Below, in pieces: positions 32,509 to 45,432 of a stretch of DNA of 64,000 nt. This stretch comes from Azolla caroliniana (lineage: Eukaryota > Plantae > Polypodiophyta). Position numbers and translations under genes: made by a program. The stretch lies in assembly GCA_043228905.1 (NCBI GenBank), contig JBHGNT010000013.1:13950001-14014000 (forward strand). Reading direction: 5' to 3'. Numbering within the stretch: the stretch's first letter is position 1; each line of letters starts with the position of its first letter. The notes under the pieces were generated by a model. It searched no databases. It had not been told where the DNA came from and saw only the letters and a program-made list of their open reading frames with translations.

Positions 32509-34164
32509 TAGTGTATAATCCATAGAATAACTAATTAATCCAACATTACGATTATCTTTATGCTCTACTGCACATAAAACATCCCATTGTTCACTTAACA
32601 CAATCCTCCAAACCTCATGCATTCTCAATTTAGAACACAATCCCCTCACATTCCATGTGGTGATCTTCATACTTTATTTTTTTCTTTTTTCAAGAGATCT
32701 CCCTCTACTTCACTACTAATGTTTCTGCCATATCTTAAAATAAATCCCTTAAGATTGCATACGCATTACTATGGGAATGTAAAACTCCAGATCCCGATGG
32801 CTCCTCCTGTGAATGAGGCACTAGTTTTTGTTTATTCCAAGGAACTTGCAAATTACCTTTATTATCAAAAGACAATTTCTTTGGATAGTCCTCTTGACAA
32901 CCCCATGGTTTATTCCACATGGAATTTGTTTGTTGAATCAATGACCTTCTCCATAGATACATTATGCCCAACATTCTTATTAAACTTCTTCATCTTTTGA
33001 GAAACTATTGACCATAACCTTTCATCCTCTAGAGTCTTTCCATCTTTGTCATTCACAATATGTGGTTCCTTTATTTGCTTTGAAATTGTCAAAGTTTGAA
33101 TTTGATCATGATTTGTAGGGTCTTCATGTACCACTTCCACTATATTACTTCTTTTTTGAGGACATTCAACCATAAAATGCCCTAACACACCACAATGGAA
33201 ACAATGTCCTGCAAATGTACCCCATTTAAGCCGAAAATACATAGGAGGCATACTAGAGCATGCAATTTGTAAACAAACTTGGTCTCTTTATAGCAGTATT
33301 CCAAAGAATACACATCAGATATCAATTTTAAGCATTCGCACTAGGAGGCACAAAGATCTTTCCCAACATTTCCATTGTTGATCATAATATTAGCTAGACC
33401 ACTAAATATGTGCACTTTACCTCAACCCATATATGATACTCTTGCTTCAATATATCTTGGTATTCCACTAGTGGCCTCCACGGAACAATATGAACGAAAC
33501 TTTTCTAATAAAAAACTAGCAATTTATTGAGTAATTTCTCTTTATACTCTTGTACTACCAAAACAACCTCATAAAACACAAGAGGACCGGTATAAACATC
33601 TTGAACACAATCAACTTGTAAAATCCCACGTAACCATTGTTTGACCCTCCAAAGGAGAGGTATCTTCCCTGTGAAAAACAATATCACCCCTCTATCAAAA
33701 AAATTGGCAAATGAGCCCAAAAACTCCTTATTGTCTATTTCTACCTTAGCCACTTCATTGTCAACAAACTTCTCAACAACTTTTACATTCTCCCTTATAC
33801 AATTTTCCATTAGTAAATTTGTCATGCATCTTAAATGTTCCCAATGATTGTCATCCTTCTCAATATCATCTTGTTGCACTGCATCAACATAAGACATGTC
33901 ATTACTATTATCTCCAATACATTGTTGTCTTTTACCATCCTCCCTTGGACTCGATACTGACTCAACCATGCATGCATCCTTTGAGGAATTCGAAGACTCA
34001 TCCATATTCATGAAAACACTAACATCCATATGACAAAAAGTAGAGAGATCTCACTTAGTAGCAATTTTGTTGGAGAAGGAAACAAAGCAAGCAACCATGA
34101 GATGCATACAACCAAATAACGATTTTGCTTGTAACATTCTACAGAAATCACCAAATGAGACGTG

Positions 34165-35000
34165 CAACTACTGTTTAGAAAGTTTCTACAAGTTAAGAAA
34201 CAAACACCCTACACCCTCCTCCTTGAGATGAGATCACTTCCCATTAAGATCATGGTCATGGAAAGGGTTGTTAAATACATGCTTAAGGTTCAAAAAGTCC
34301 CTCCCATCGACTTCTTAGAATTGCATGGGAAGCAAGCAAAAAGATCCAGAAGACGCATCAAAGCAAAATTTTGTGTTCCGATTGGATGCAAGATATGGAA
34401 AAATAGTTTGGTAGATGGGATGCAACACTCTTGCTTTATGATGCATCACTAGATTCCTTTGTAAATGAGGCCTTTTTGCAACGCCAATGTATCATGACAT
34501 GGGGTAAATGTAGAGGCTCACGCTTCACAAATTATACTACACATGTTACACCTAAATATAAAACCATATTCTTCACGGAACAGGGAAACCGTACACACCG
34601 ATACATGTTAGAGCCCATCATGTTATCTGCCATTTGAACCATTGTTCCATGCGACTTAGCTTATATGTATTGCGATGTGAGATGAGGCATTGGGGCACAA
34701 GTGATGAGAGTGGTTAGCTATGCACATTTTGCCCTAAACAAGTTTGAGAGTCTAAGTATCACACTTTCATAGAATGCTCTGCCTTTGATCATATTCGACC
34801 ATGCTTTCCACATATCTTCGACCAAGCCCAATCCTTGCACGAATTTCTCTCACAACCACAATGTGCACTCTTGATTGCAACATTCATTGGTTGAACATCG
34901 AGAGTTGCTACTCACTTTCACACATATTATGTGCAATGCAATATTTTTTGTCTCATAGGTCATATTTGACCTTCGAAGATGATAATAGAATATCTCTCTT
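34165..35000 (+). mobile_element. LINE 3' fragment, same family as 45.4-47.2 kb
   Basis: KFLQVKKQTPYT...LPI.IM.MERVV and downstream sequence are closely similar to 46270-47220. Confidence 0.87.
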
Positions 35001-36767
35001 TGTGTACATTATTTGAAAAGTGTTTAAGTGGACTTGTTAGAAGTCAAAACCTTTTGACTTAATCAAGAGACACTTAACCCAAGCATGTACCCCTCAGATC
35101 ACTAGACTAGGACAAGGAGCTCCTCATTGACACATTTGTTGTCATGAGCATACAAAAAGGTGATCCCTAATACATTCTAGGAAGACTCAATCTCATGTCC
35201 ACTCTACTCATAGCATAGACCTTCCTCAATATGTAAACACCTAAAGTTTGTTCACTAGATGTTCCAACCAATATCAAAGAATAAATACTCCATAAACTTT
35301 GTCTTTCCTTCCATGTTGTAGATGAAATTCTCTTTTTGTATTATGAAGATGCTCATCAATAACATGTTTATTATTGTTATCATTGCCTAGAAATATTACT
35401 GCATTTGTTTAGGATTTTGAAAAGTTCGTGTATCAAGAAAAATTAGGAAAGCTAGAACTTGCAAGGTTAAGGAGCAAAGTTGGATAGCTTCAATATAAGA
35501 TCACAAAAAAACACACACCATAATTAAGCAACATACTAAAGTTAAATTTTGTGGGAATTAACGTGATGTCATATGCAAATTATTGAACAAAAATATGATG
35601 CCTTAATATTTGGAATAATATCACCATTATTCAATTTCATGCTATCTAATTAAATTTCTTATTATGCTTAGTAGCATTACCCATTTGTCTGTGCGAAAAG
35701 GGTTGTTGGAGGCAAACTCAAGTGGACAATTTGTTTGCTTGATATCTTCATTTAGCCACTTGGACAGCCCAACATGTGAACATGCTACCTTGTATTGCTT
35801 TTCAATTTTGCCGAAAATGGAGGGGGGCTTAAGGCTTAAGACTTAAACAACACTCATGATTTTATGAGCATCACAAAACGATGTTCTAAAAAGAAGGTAG
35901 TGTGAAACATCACAATATGGATTCACCACTCAAAAGTAGAGCAATTTGATAAACTATTATATTGGCATCCAAGGACAAAGTAAAGCATCCATGTATAAAA
36001 TTAGCATACTACATTCAAATTGCATGTATTCATGGAGTAACGTATTTCTAGCTATATTCCTTTTATAAATACTTTACTTCTGATCCTTGAATGCAACTTA
36101 ATGACAATTAGATAACAATTCCCGTTGAAATATACACACATAAATGTTTCTATACAATAAATTATAGCGAATTCTACATGGTTGGTAGCTGCATGGCGTA
36201 CACATTTTGGAACAAATTGCACACTTCCATAATCCAATATGGTTTCAACATTTCTGCATGTTTCATCTCTGTATTCTAAGGCAGGAGTCAATTTCTCTAA
36301 ACTTACAGTGGCATTCTACACGGTAGCTGCATCACCTACATGATTAGGAACAAGTTGCACACATATAATCCAATATGGTTTTCAAGATTTCAATCTGAAG
36401 GCAGAAGTTAAATTCTTTGGAATTCTGAAAAGATTCTTTCAGGGAAATCAACTCTGAAAAGTATGAAGTAAATTTGTAACCCATAACAAGGTAAACGTGG
36501 AAGCACCAAACACTATCCACATATCGATACCAGAAGGTATGGTACAAATGGTCCTAGGAATGCTCCAGTTAGGTTCATATCTCGAGGTCATTATTTGTAT
36601 ATAATAAATAGCATTTACTAGCTAGCAAATACATACTATACTATAAAGGTATGAAATTGTGAACATTTTCAATATATCCTACCCTGTACAAGAGAAAGAT
36701 CACAAATTTTAAATATAACGAATTGAGCCTATCCTGTTCAGTCTTCATTGTATTAAGAAATTCTCAC

Positions 36768-39700
36768 CTATGCATCATCAGAGTTTGTTGATAAGCTCCC
36801 ACTCCTCCGATCAGATTGTTTCGCACTCCTGATGTTTACTTTCAGAGAACTCCTAGGAGAACCCTTAGGAGAGGGACTATGAGGTTCAATGGACAAACTC
36901 CTCTTTCTTGAAGATATGTCCCTAAATCAAAGCAAGATGGGAAGCCATGAAATTAGACTTGATCAAGAACTCCATCTCAATTAAATATGGAAAACAATGA
37001 AAAAGGAAATTCTCCAAAATTTTCTTTATTTGCCCAACTGTCTTTGGGTTTTAGTTATTTCCCCAATAACCCTTAGTCAAATCTCGAAACAGAGGAAAAA
37101 GGATGAATGAAACATAAAATTGCTCAAATAGCACATATAGTTGAGAAAACAAGTATTAAATTATCATACAGTTCCTCGAAAATACTTAGGGGCATATGGA
37201 GAAATAAAGAACACCTTAGCAGTATTTCAGAGTTTCCCTCAAACAGACAATGTTAAAAAATTAGTGTAATAACAATAATTACAAGACTAACCTTTTATGA
37301 TATGGTGATGCACTTCTGTCTGGGTTTCTGCCTCGAGGATTCCTTCTATCATTGTCTCTCATCTGACCATCTTCTGTTCTTCTCACCTCTTCTCTTGATC
37401 GCACTGGACTCTGAATTCGACTCCTGCTAGCGGTATGACTCCTATAGTGCCTCTTACTTGAGTTCCTATCGTGCCTATCATTAGTAGGACTGCTGCGATG
37501 ATAATCATTTTCCTTTCGATCATCTCTGTACCTGTAAATGGCAACCCAGGAAAGGTGAACCACCCACTCTAGCAGCAACAATCCTATGTGCTACCTATGT
37601 TGATCAAAATGATTCTTATGAAGTATAGCTCCTTTCCCATAGTGAGATTTAAGACACAATGACATTCTCCTACTTAGATACATCTACTATGCTAAAATCT
37701 AGCTCCATACACAAGTGAAAATTGCTTGAAGACTAAAACGAAGGGTAAGGGCAAAAGCTTCCAAGCCTCCAGTTGTACAGAATGGAGATGGTATTGAATA
37801 CACGGTGAGGCATATCATGACATGTCCCATATGATGAATCAAGATACACTTCCAAGTTTGGTATGTTTGGCTTAGGTTGCAAAAGAAGAAGACATTGAAG
37901 CTCTTAATTGATGCTTAAAAACAAGGGGTAAGAGTGAACTCTTCCAATGTGCAGGGTAGAATTTGTAAATCCATAGCATCAAAAACTTCAAAATCCTATG
38001 AACAATTACAATTCGATACACTAACCTGGAACGCCTTGGATTCCGACTTCGTGATTTTTTCCATTTAATGTTCTCCTGGGTGATTCTTCCCCTCTGGCTG
38101 TATATTGAATACAATGGTTAAAAACTCTGTTGACAAACACACTTCTATGTTTTTAAGTCTGGAGAAATTTAAAGGCAACATTACAAGTTTATATTGAAAA
38201 ACACATACATGAACTTGTGTACTCTTCTTATCATATTGAAAACAGGACTATAATCACATTACAGTTGCAATAACGCATCTGACATCAGAGGCCGCACAAA
38301 AAATAATTGATTCTATTTGGAAGGCATTTCAAAGATGAGTGCAATATAAGGTGCACTTTGATTCATTGTGCCCATTATACGTGTCATAGACCCTAATCAT
38401 AAGCAATAAGAAACTTGTGTTGCGTCCAAAAAATTCATGCAAATAGATCAAGGAAATCTAAATCCTTACTGTATAGAAGCGGTTTACAATTGCACACAAA
38501 CTTATGATTCAGCCAAAACAAACCATGAAAACAACCAGTCCTCCCTGACATCATTTGTAAAGGTCCTAATGGAATAACTAACTACTTACTATTTTGTTTG
38601 TCCAATCAATAATAAGAAGATCAGTAAATCTCACATAGTCTCCATCTCTCAGCCATATTTAGCAAATTGAACAGAAATGTTCCGCCCATCAATGTTCTTG
38701 CCTGTAACATCCAGATCATGCCTCAATCAGTAGCAATAGACATGCATAAAGCTACCGTTATTCTGTATCTACATGCATAGGATCACATAACATTAATTCC
38801 GGAAGAAAGGATTACATGAGCAGCCATGGAAAGAGTATATCTCTGTGCAAAACAATCATTTGTGGACAATTGAACATTTTGAGAGTGGCTTGGAACATTT
38901 TTAATAACAAATATTGCTTTGATAGCTGTGGCATGAATAGATAAGGGAAATGGTGATGCAAATTATAAATAGTTCACATTCTCTTCGATAAGCCTGCTTT
39001 TACCAACGTACTCTTATTCACTTTATACTTTTGATTTATCCTTGTTCTACCTTTTTTAGATCTCAGAGGTAATACTGGCCTCCTTAGACCCTCTCTTTGT
39101 CCTTCTTTACTACATAGGTTTGCATGCACGCAATTATACAAATAGACACTCATATGGAGAGAAGCAAATATTGATATAAAATAATGGAAAGGAATGGTAA
39201 TGTAGCATGTGTGTTTACTGCACTAACTTATGCATTACATATTTTTGCTTCTATGCTCCAGAAAATGCATAGTTGCATGGATGTCAACAGATTGTGTATA
39301 TAGAAAAAAGCTTCTGGTAGGTTCTAGCTAGTACTTTTGCACAGAAAATAAATTCTAGTTACCATCCAATCGTTCAACGGCTTTTGATGTTTCATGTGAA
39401 TGCTTATATCTAACAAAAGCAAATCCACGAGAATCTCCAGATCTGCCGCATAATTGTGACTATTAAAATAAGATAGAGAAATCTGTTACACAAGCATCAT
39501 AGTTTTACTTTTAAGAAGCAGAAACAGAAGGCACAGCAATGAAAGTTGGAAGACATTTGGAATCTCTAAATTATGTACGTAAAATCTTTGGTGTATTGTA
39601 CTTAATTACTGACCTTCTATCTCTAGGAATGAAGATATCGACTACTTTACCATATCTATCAAATAATGGGAAAAGATCATCTGCAGTTGTTTCTATTTCA

Positions 39701-41751
39701 ATGAAAACAACCAATTAGATCCAAAGGACATGAAGTAGGATATATTTTTTTAATCAATGGCCAGTTTTGAATAGAACACATGCATGCACTTACATTATGG
39801 TCTATCTATTAGGTACTGCATAATCATCTTCCCTATGCTCCAACTTATTCTTTCCATATAAATTCAATGACATGATCAACTTGTCAGATAAAACTTTATA
39901 AGCACAACTTACAAGCCAAGAGTTTGAACTAACAAATAGTAGTAATGAGACCTCTAAACGAAAAAGAAAATGTCTTACTAAAATTCAAAGTAAAATGGAT
40001 ATGCAAACAAGCTCAATGAACAAGTACAAACTTCACAAATTCATTGTCCTGCTCAAAAAGAGTAAGATTACCAAACTAATCATGGAAAGCCATTTCTGCA
40101 TTAATTAAGGCTTGCGCATCGAAAGCTATGTGCCTCAACTTTACCAATGTATATTTTCGCTTTTTACTGAGCACCATTCCAGTATTATAAACTATACTCG
40201 GGATAAAAATAAAGAGATGCCTACAAAAAAATAGTTGCATATTCTTTCTTCTGTGATTAGTCTTTGGTTAAGACCCTATATCAATTGTCACACAAGGTCT
40301 TCTCTGAGCTTCCATTTTAAATTCTATGATTATCATGTGATTTCAACATCATCTATACATAATACAACATTACAGTAAGATAAGACTCGCACCATTATGT
40401 TCTTCGCACGTCAAAAATTACAAATGACGAATTGACCTAATGAAGATGAGGCATGTATACATAAAGATTAGGGGCGACAACTGAACCAACTAAACAAGCT
40501 GTCACTGAAGATGTGCAGATGTGGCATCATTCTAAACTCAACATAAACACTGGTGGTTTAAGTGCAGTAACATCCAAACACATTACTCAAACTATAATTT
40601 CTAAAGCACTGGCAGATAGTAGAGTCCATACTGATACAAACATGGTGACATCAACTTGTTTTAAAATAAAGAGACAATATGAGTTTATATAAACTCCAGA
40701 TGCAATGAAAACGCATTGCAAGATTAAGTATGTGGAGAGATAGAAAGAAAATATAGACATATAAAGACGCAAGAAAAAGAGATGGTTTCAATATCTGATA
40801 TTTGGAATAAAAATAATGATCATAGTGCGTGAAGAGTTAAAAGAAAGAAGTGCAAATAAAGTGAATGATGTGGAATTATGAAGAAATGAAGGCAAACACA
40901 TGTAATTGGTGCAAGAGATAGAACAAGTTTCAAGATTTGATCTGGAGGATCAAGATGACGCTCATATCAAGAGATGATTTCAGGGAAATAAGATCAAAAC
41001 TCTGAGGATAATGAGAAAAGTGTGGCCTTCAGAGATAAGCCAGTATGGGTGCAACAACAAGATTCATACAGTTGACTCGAGTAAACAAGATGACGTTCAT
41101 AATGTACGAAAATCTCAAAGAACGAAGATGAGAACACAGAAAATGATAATGAGCTAGATGAAAAATAAGTGGATGGCAAATATCTGAGAGAAGAGAGAAA
41201 ACAAAATTTACTGAAACAACGACAGAGAATAACATGTAAATGCTGCAAGAAATACAAATTTCAAGATTTGACTTGAGTAGTCATGGTCAAGTGCACACAG
41301 TGTAAATATTTCAACAAATTAAGAAGATGATGATCAGAATGGATGGCACACGTAGCACCTAAAACATGCAAGAAAACCGAAAAGTTTGAACATTTGGCTT
41401 TCAACCAGTATCAAGTCCATACATTGTAAGGATTTCAATGAAATAATATCAAATCACACAGAGAATGACAAGCACTGCAGTGCAAAGTAAAAAAAAATCC
41501 GTAAAGCGTGAAAGAAAAACAAGTTTCAAGTTTTTGACCAAAGAAGTCGTATGAAGAAATCAAACAAAATAAGAACAAAATAAAGATAGTGCGAAAAACA
41601 ACGGAAGGTCAAAATCAGAGAGGAGGAGGAGGAGGAGGAAGAAGAAGAAGAAGAAGAAGAAGAAGCGAAACTTACTGAAACTGATGTTGAGGATGAGGAG
41701 GGAGTACGTGTCGCGAATATCTGGAGGACCGGATCGCCCGAAATGAGACAT
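36768..41751 (-). CDS. SC35: SC35-type SR splicing factor (RRM + RS) with in-frame TGA at codon 96; exons 41676-41751, 39614-39692, 39363-39442, 38635-38701, 38026-38097, 37292-37531, 36768-36921
   Basis: The frame reads MSHFGRSGPPDIRDTYSLLILNISF|KTTADDLFPLFDRYGKVVDIFIPRDRR|SGDSRGFAFVRY...AVERLD|GKNIDGRNISVQFAKYG*EMET|IQRGRI...SRSRNPRRSR...NSDDA*. All introns are GT-AG with compatible phases, and a GTGAG donor follows the final TAG. May be a pseudogene. Confidence 0.88.
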
Positions 41752-41974
41752 ATCAGAGATGGAGATGGAGATGGCGATGGCGATGGCGATGGCGATGGCG
41801 ATGGCGATGAAAGGAGATGGCGATGGCGATGCAGACAGCAAAGATAAAAACTAAAAAGATTACAACAATGAAAAAGCAAAATTTGAAAACGGGGAGGGTT
41901 TTTTTTTCGCTCTTTTGGGGCCAACTTTTCGAAATTCCAACAATACCCCCCCCCCCCCCCCCCTCTTTCTCTCT

Positions 41975-42868
41975 TTGTTGGTAAAAGCACACAATTATAT
42001 TACATATATTAATCGTTACTAAAATCCACTTGTTACAACACTTCTTTTAATTTCCTCTACCTACCTATAACCCATATGTAGGGAGACGGACATCCTGTAA
42101 AGCCATTAGAAAACCAGAATATGCACTTGAGGAAATGATCCCCATATGCACTAGTATTGGAACAATGCCCCCAACTAGTCATTTGGACTATATTTGAATA
42201 TACTACGAATAACAACGGCTTAAAACTCGCCAAATATTAGATAAGTACTTCCAAATGATATATGTTATAGGACATTTAATGAACCTATGTGTATTGCCCT
42301 CCAACGGAATGGCGTAAAAGAATCATGTACTTGACCTTAGTCCTCGCCTCTTTAAGGCTGACCCTAATGGAAGCCCACCAATCATGATTGTCCATATGAA
42401 TACCTTTGCTCGAAAAGGCAAATGGGAATGCCAACCACATTGCAAAATTTGCCACCACCTTGCATTTGACTTACATACATTCCACACCTTTTTTGCTTTA
42501 GGTGATACCCAAGATAATGATGCCATTGCATGGTGATACAAGATATTGTAATGACCTATATCAAAGCGTGTACCATCCTTTAATCGGCAATCCATCCAAG
42601 GTGCAACATTCATTTTTATCGGCAAAGATTCGTCAAACAATAGTATATCTTGTAATTGTTCCCAAATAAATCCATAATTTGGGGTAAAACATAACAATCG
42701 TTTGCCATCTTCAAATTGTGACAACCTTTGAGATTCATTATCAACCATATCACCCAATTCTACAACCCCCAAACGAAATAAACAATTGAATTGAGATCTC
42801 AACTTCTCTTTTCCATGCCAATGCGATACTCAAGAAGAAACAAGCAATTCATTTTGTAATGACAAAAT

Positions 42869-42870
<2 letters not shown>
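41975..42870 (-). mobile_element. L1-like LINE 3' fragment (zf-RVT region)
   Basis: WHSHLPFRAKVFIWTIMIGGLPLGSALKRRG followed by HRFIKCP. CT-rich tracts flank both sides. Confidence 0.75.

Positions 42871-42871
<1 letters not shown>

Positions 42872-42928
<57 letters not shown>
42872..42928. repeat. (CT)n microsatellite
   Basis: Perfect CT run. Confidence 0.98.
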
Positions 42929-42931
<3 letters not shown>

Positions 42932-44450
42932 GCCCTTTGACTTCTTCCCAACACCATTTACTAGAGATTACCCATCATGGGTAGCAAACACTTCCATGCA
43001 TTTGTTGCATGACTTGACCATTCCAATATAGAACCAGTTGTGGTCGTTTGCCGCCTCCCCATGCATCCCTTATCTAACATCTCATCTCCCCCAATGTCTC
43101 ACCCTTGCATGTGCCTATCTAGTTGTTCATCGTATAACTTTGTTTCTGTGCTCATGTAATCAGTTCGTCCACCTTCTCTTGATACATGCTATTTTAACAT
43201 TTGTTTCTATATGGACAATTCATCCCCCTCTTATCTTTCTCATTGAGAGAGGGCGAGGGGTTGACTCTAGGGCTCTTGGGGCATTTGTGGAAACATTAAA
43301 AAAATAGAGGGGCATTTTGTAGTTTTTCCCTTCTAAACTACAAAATTGTCCTAAAAGTAACTTATATCCACATAACCATCCTTTAGGTTGAACATCAATT
43401 GATGATCAACAAGGATAATTGTAGCCACTCTAAAGAGCCAATATGATGGCCTCAAGGGCAGCTCCGATAGAGTTGAAAGACAACGAATAGCCTTCATCCA
43501 ACAATGGTCGTCCTCTCCCTTTCTTAAATCAGTGGGCATCCACATAAGATGGAACTATCGCGTCCCTACAGGGATTTGTACATAATCATCTTGTTTGTAA
43601 AATTTTATAACTAATGGAAGGAGTTTTTTTTGGGAAAAAACAAAAAAACATGTCTTTGGGTTTTTCTCATTGCATATCTTTCATCCATACAAAAAATGAA
43701 TAATTTAATATTGCTACTACTAAACCAACATTTCTTGGCCTAAAGGCATGCATAATATGCCAATACATGCTATTGAGGTTGTTTAGGTCCCAATATACAA
43801 TTTATAAGTACATGATATGTTTGATTTTGTACTCAAAACATATATGAGTGGAAGATGGGCATGATGGGGAATATTTTGATTTTGATTGTACTATATATTA
43901 TCGACGTGTCTTCTTCAACCTTCTAAATAGAGGAGAGCCCAATGTGGAGCTAGTTAAATTACATCCCAATTACGTTGCATTGCTTTAAGAAGTAATGACC
44001 ATTGTTTTCAACCATTTGGATATAGGTGATGAATTTGTAATATTCTTGGGTGAAATTGCCCGTGTGCATGAGGTTAAACAAAAAACTAAGAGATTTATTG
44101 TTTCAACCCTTATGTTGCATTGCACATGTTCTATACATCGAAAAGGTTTTAATCAAGCGAGCTCAAGAATCCATGATAAATGTTTTTGTTGTATGGAAAA
44201 TGTCCTTGGTCACGAAAACGATATTTTGTCAATTCTAAAATGATGGTTTCTATGTGTGTTGTGCTAAGAAATGTAATCAACCCCTTTGTTAAAGTTTACT
44301 ACATGGAGAATGATTATTTCGTGTTCTAGTAGCAAATATAGTGTTTTCATTTTGTTTATTATATTTCCTATATGACTTGGAAGTCATTAAAATTAATATA
44401 AAACAAAAGATTCCTACATCTCATGATCACAAACTAAAAAAATTGTAAGG

Positions 44451-45419
44451 CCCTCTTTAATACTTGAATTATTGAAAACTAAGCACTTATGACAATATGG
44501 AGAGAATTTAATGGCATGAAAGAGAAGAAAAGATGAAGTATTTTTTGGCAGAAATTAATTAAAAATATTGTTCAAAGTCAACAATTTTCTTGACAATCTT
44601 GGTTGATACTTAGTTACAATCAAGTGGTTTGGATTGCCACAATGGCTTGTATTTCGATCAAATTTTCTAAAATTCTTCAAAAAAGAACCTATTTGATCCC
44701 GAGCAAAACATCAAAACTTTAATTTGCCAATAAGCACATATCACTGAATATGTGTGCGCATTTTCATTGTGAACAATGTTACGATTCTTAAATTAGTAGT
44801 GTAGAAGAAAAATTACATTTCACAACCTTATGTCCTTCATCCACCCTTAGCCCGATGAGCGAAGCTTGATCACATTTGAATTGATTGGATCATGTAGTCA
44901 ATGGTTGGAGTTTTGGTTTGTAAACCTTTGTATAACTCCCCTCTTTAATACTAGAATTATCGAAAAGTAAGCACAGATGACAATATGGAGAGAATTTAAT
45001 GGCATGAAAGAGAAGAAAAGGTGAAGTATTTTTTGGCAGAAATTAATTAAAAATATTGTTCAAAGTCAACAAATTTCCTGACAATCTTGCTTGATTGATA
45101 CTTAGTTACAATCAAGTGGTTTGGATTGCCACAATGACTTGTACTTCAATCAAATTTTCTAAAATAAGAACCTATTTGGCTCCAAGCAAAACATCAAAAC
45201 TTTAATTTGCCAATAAGCACATATCACTGAATATGCGTGCGCATTTTCCTTATGAACAATGTTACGATTCTTTAGTAGTGTAGAAGAAAAATTACATTTC
45301 ACAACCTTATGTCCCTTCATCCACCCTTAGCCAATGAGCGAAGCTTGATCACATTTGAACTTATTGGGTCATGTAGTCAATGGTTGGAGTCTTGGTTTGT
45401 AAACCTTTGTATAACTCCC
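44451..45419. repeat. Tandem duplication, ~487 bp unit
   Basis: 'ctctttaatact.gaattat.gaaa...gtaaacctttgtataactccc' occurs twice with scattered differences. Confidence 0.93.
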
Positions 45420-45432
45420 AACACCCCCCCTT

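Larger units (their letters stand above)
29560..34110 (-). mobile_element. Degenerate L1-type LINE (ORF1 with zinc knuckle, ORF2 APE + RT)
   Basis: ORF1 remnants with CFHCGVLGHFMVEC. Endonuclease LVGVY and MGDFN. RT WRPISL, QYGF, LDLEKAY, RQGCL, ADD, HLGYP, AWDHVCTPK. Many stops and frameshifts. Confidence 0.88.

Noticed and set aside
38649-38651. Selenocysteine at the SC35 TGA
   Set aside because: Land plants lack the Sec machinery, and the position is not a redox Cys site.
43320-44300. Possible gene or transposase fragments
   Set aside because: No recognisable motif or consistent splice structure. Left unannotated.
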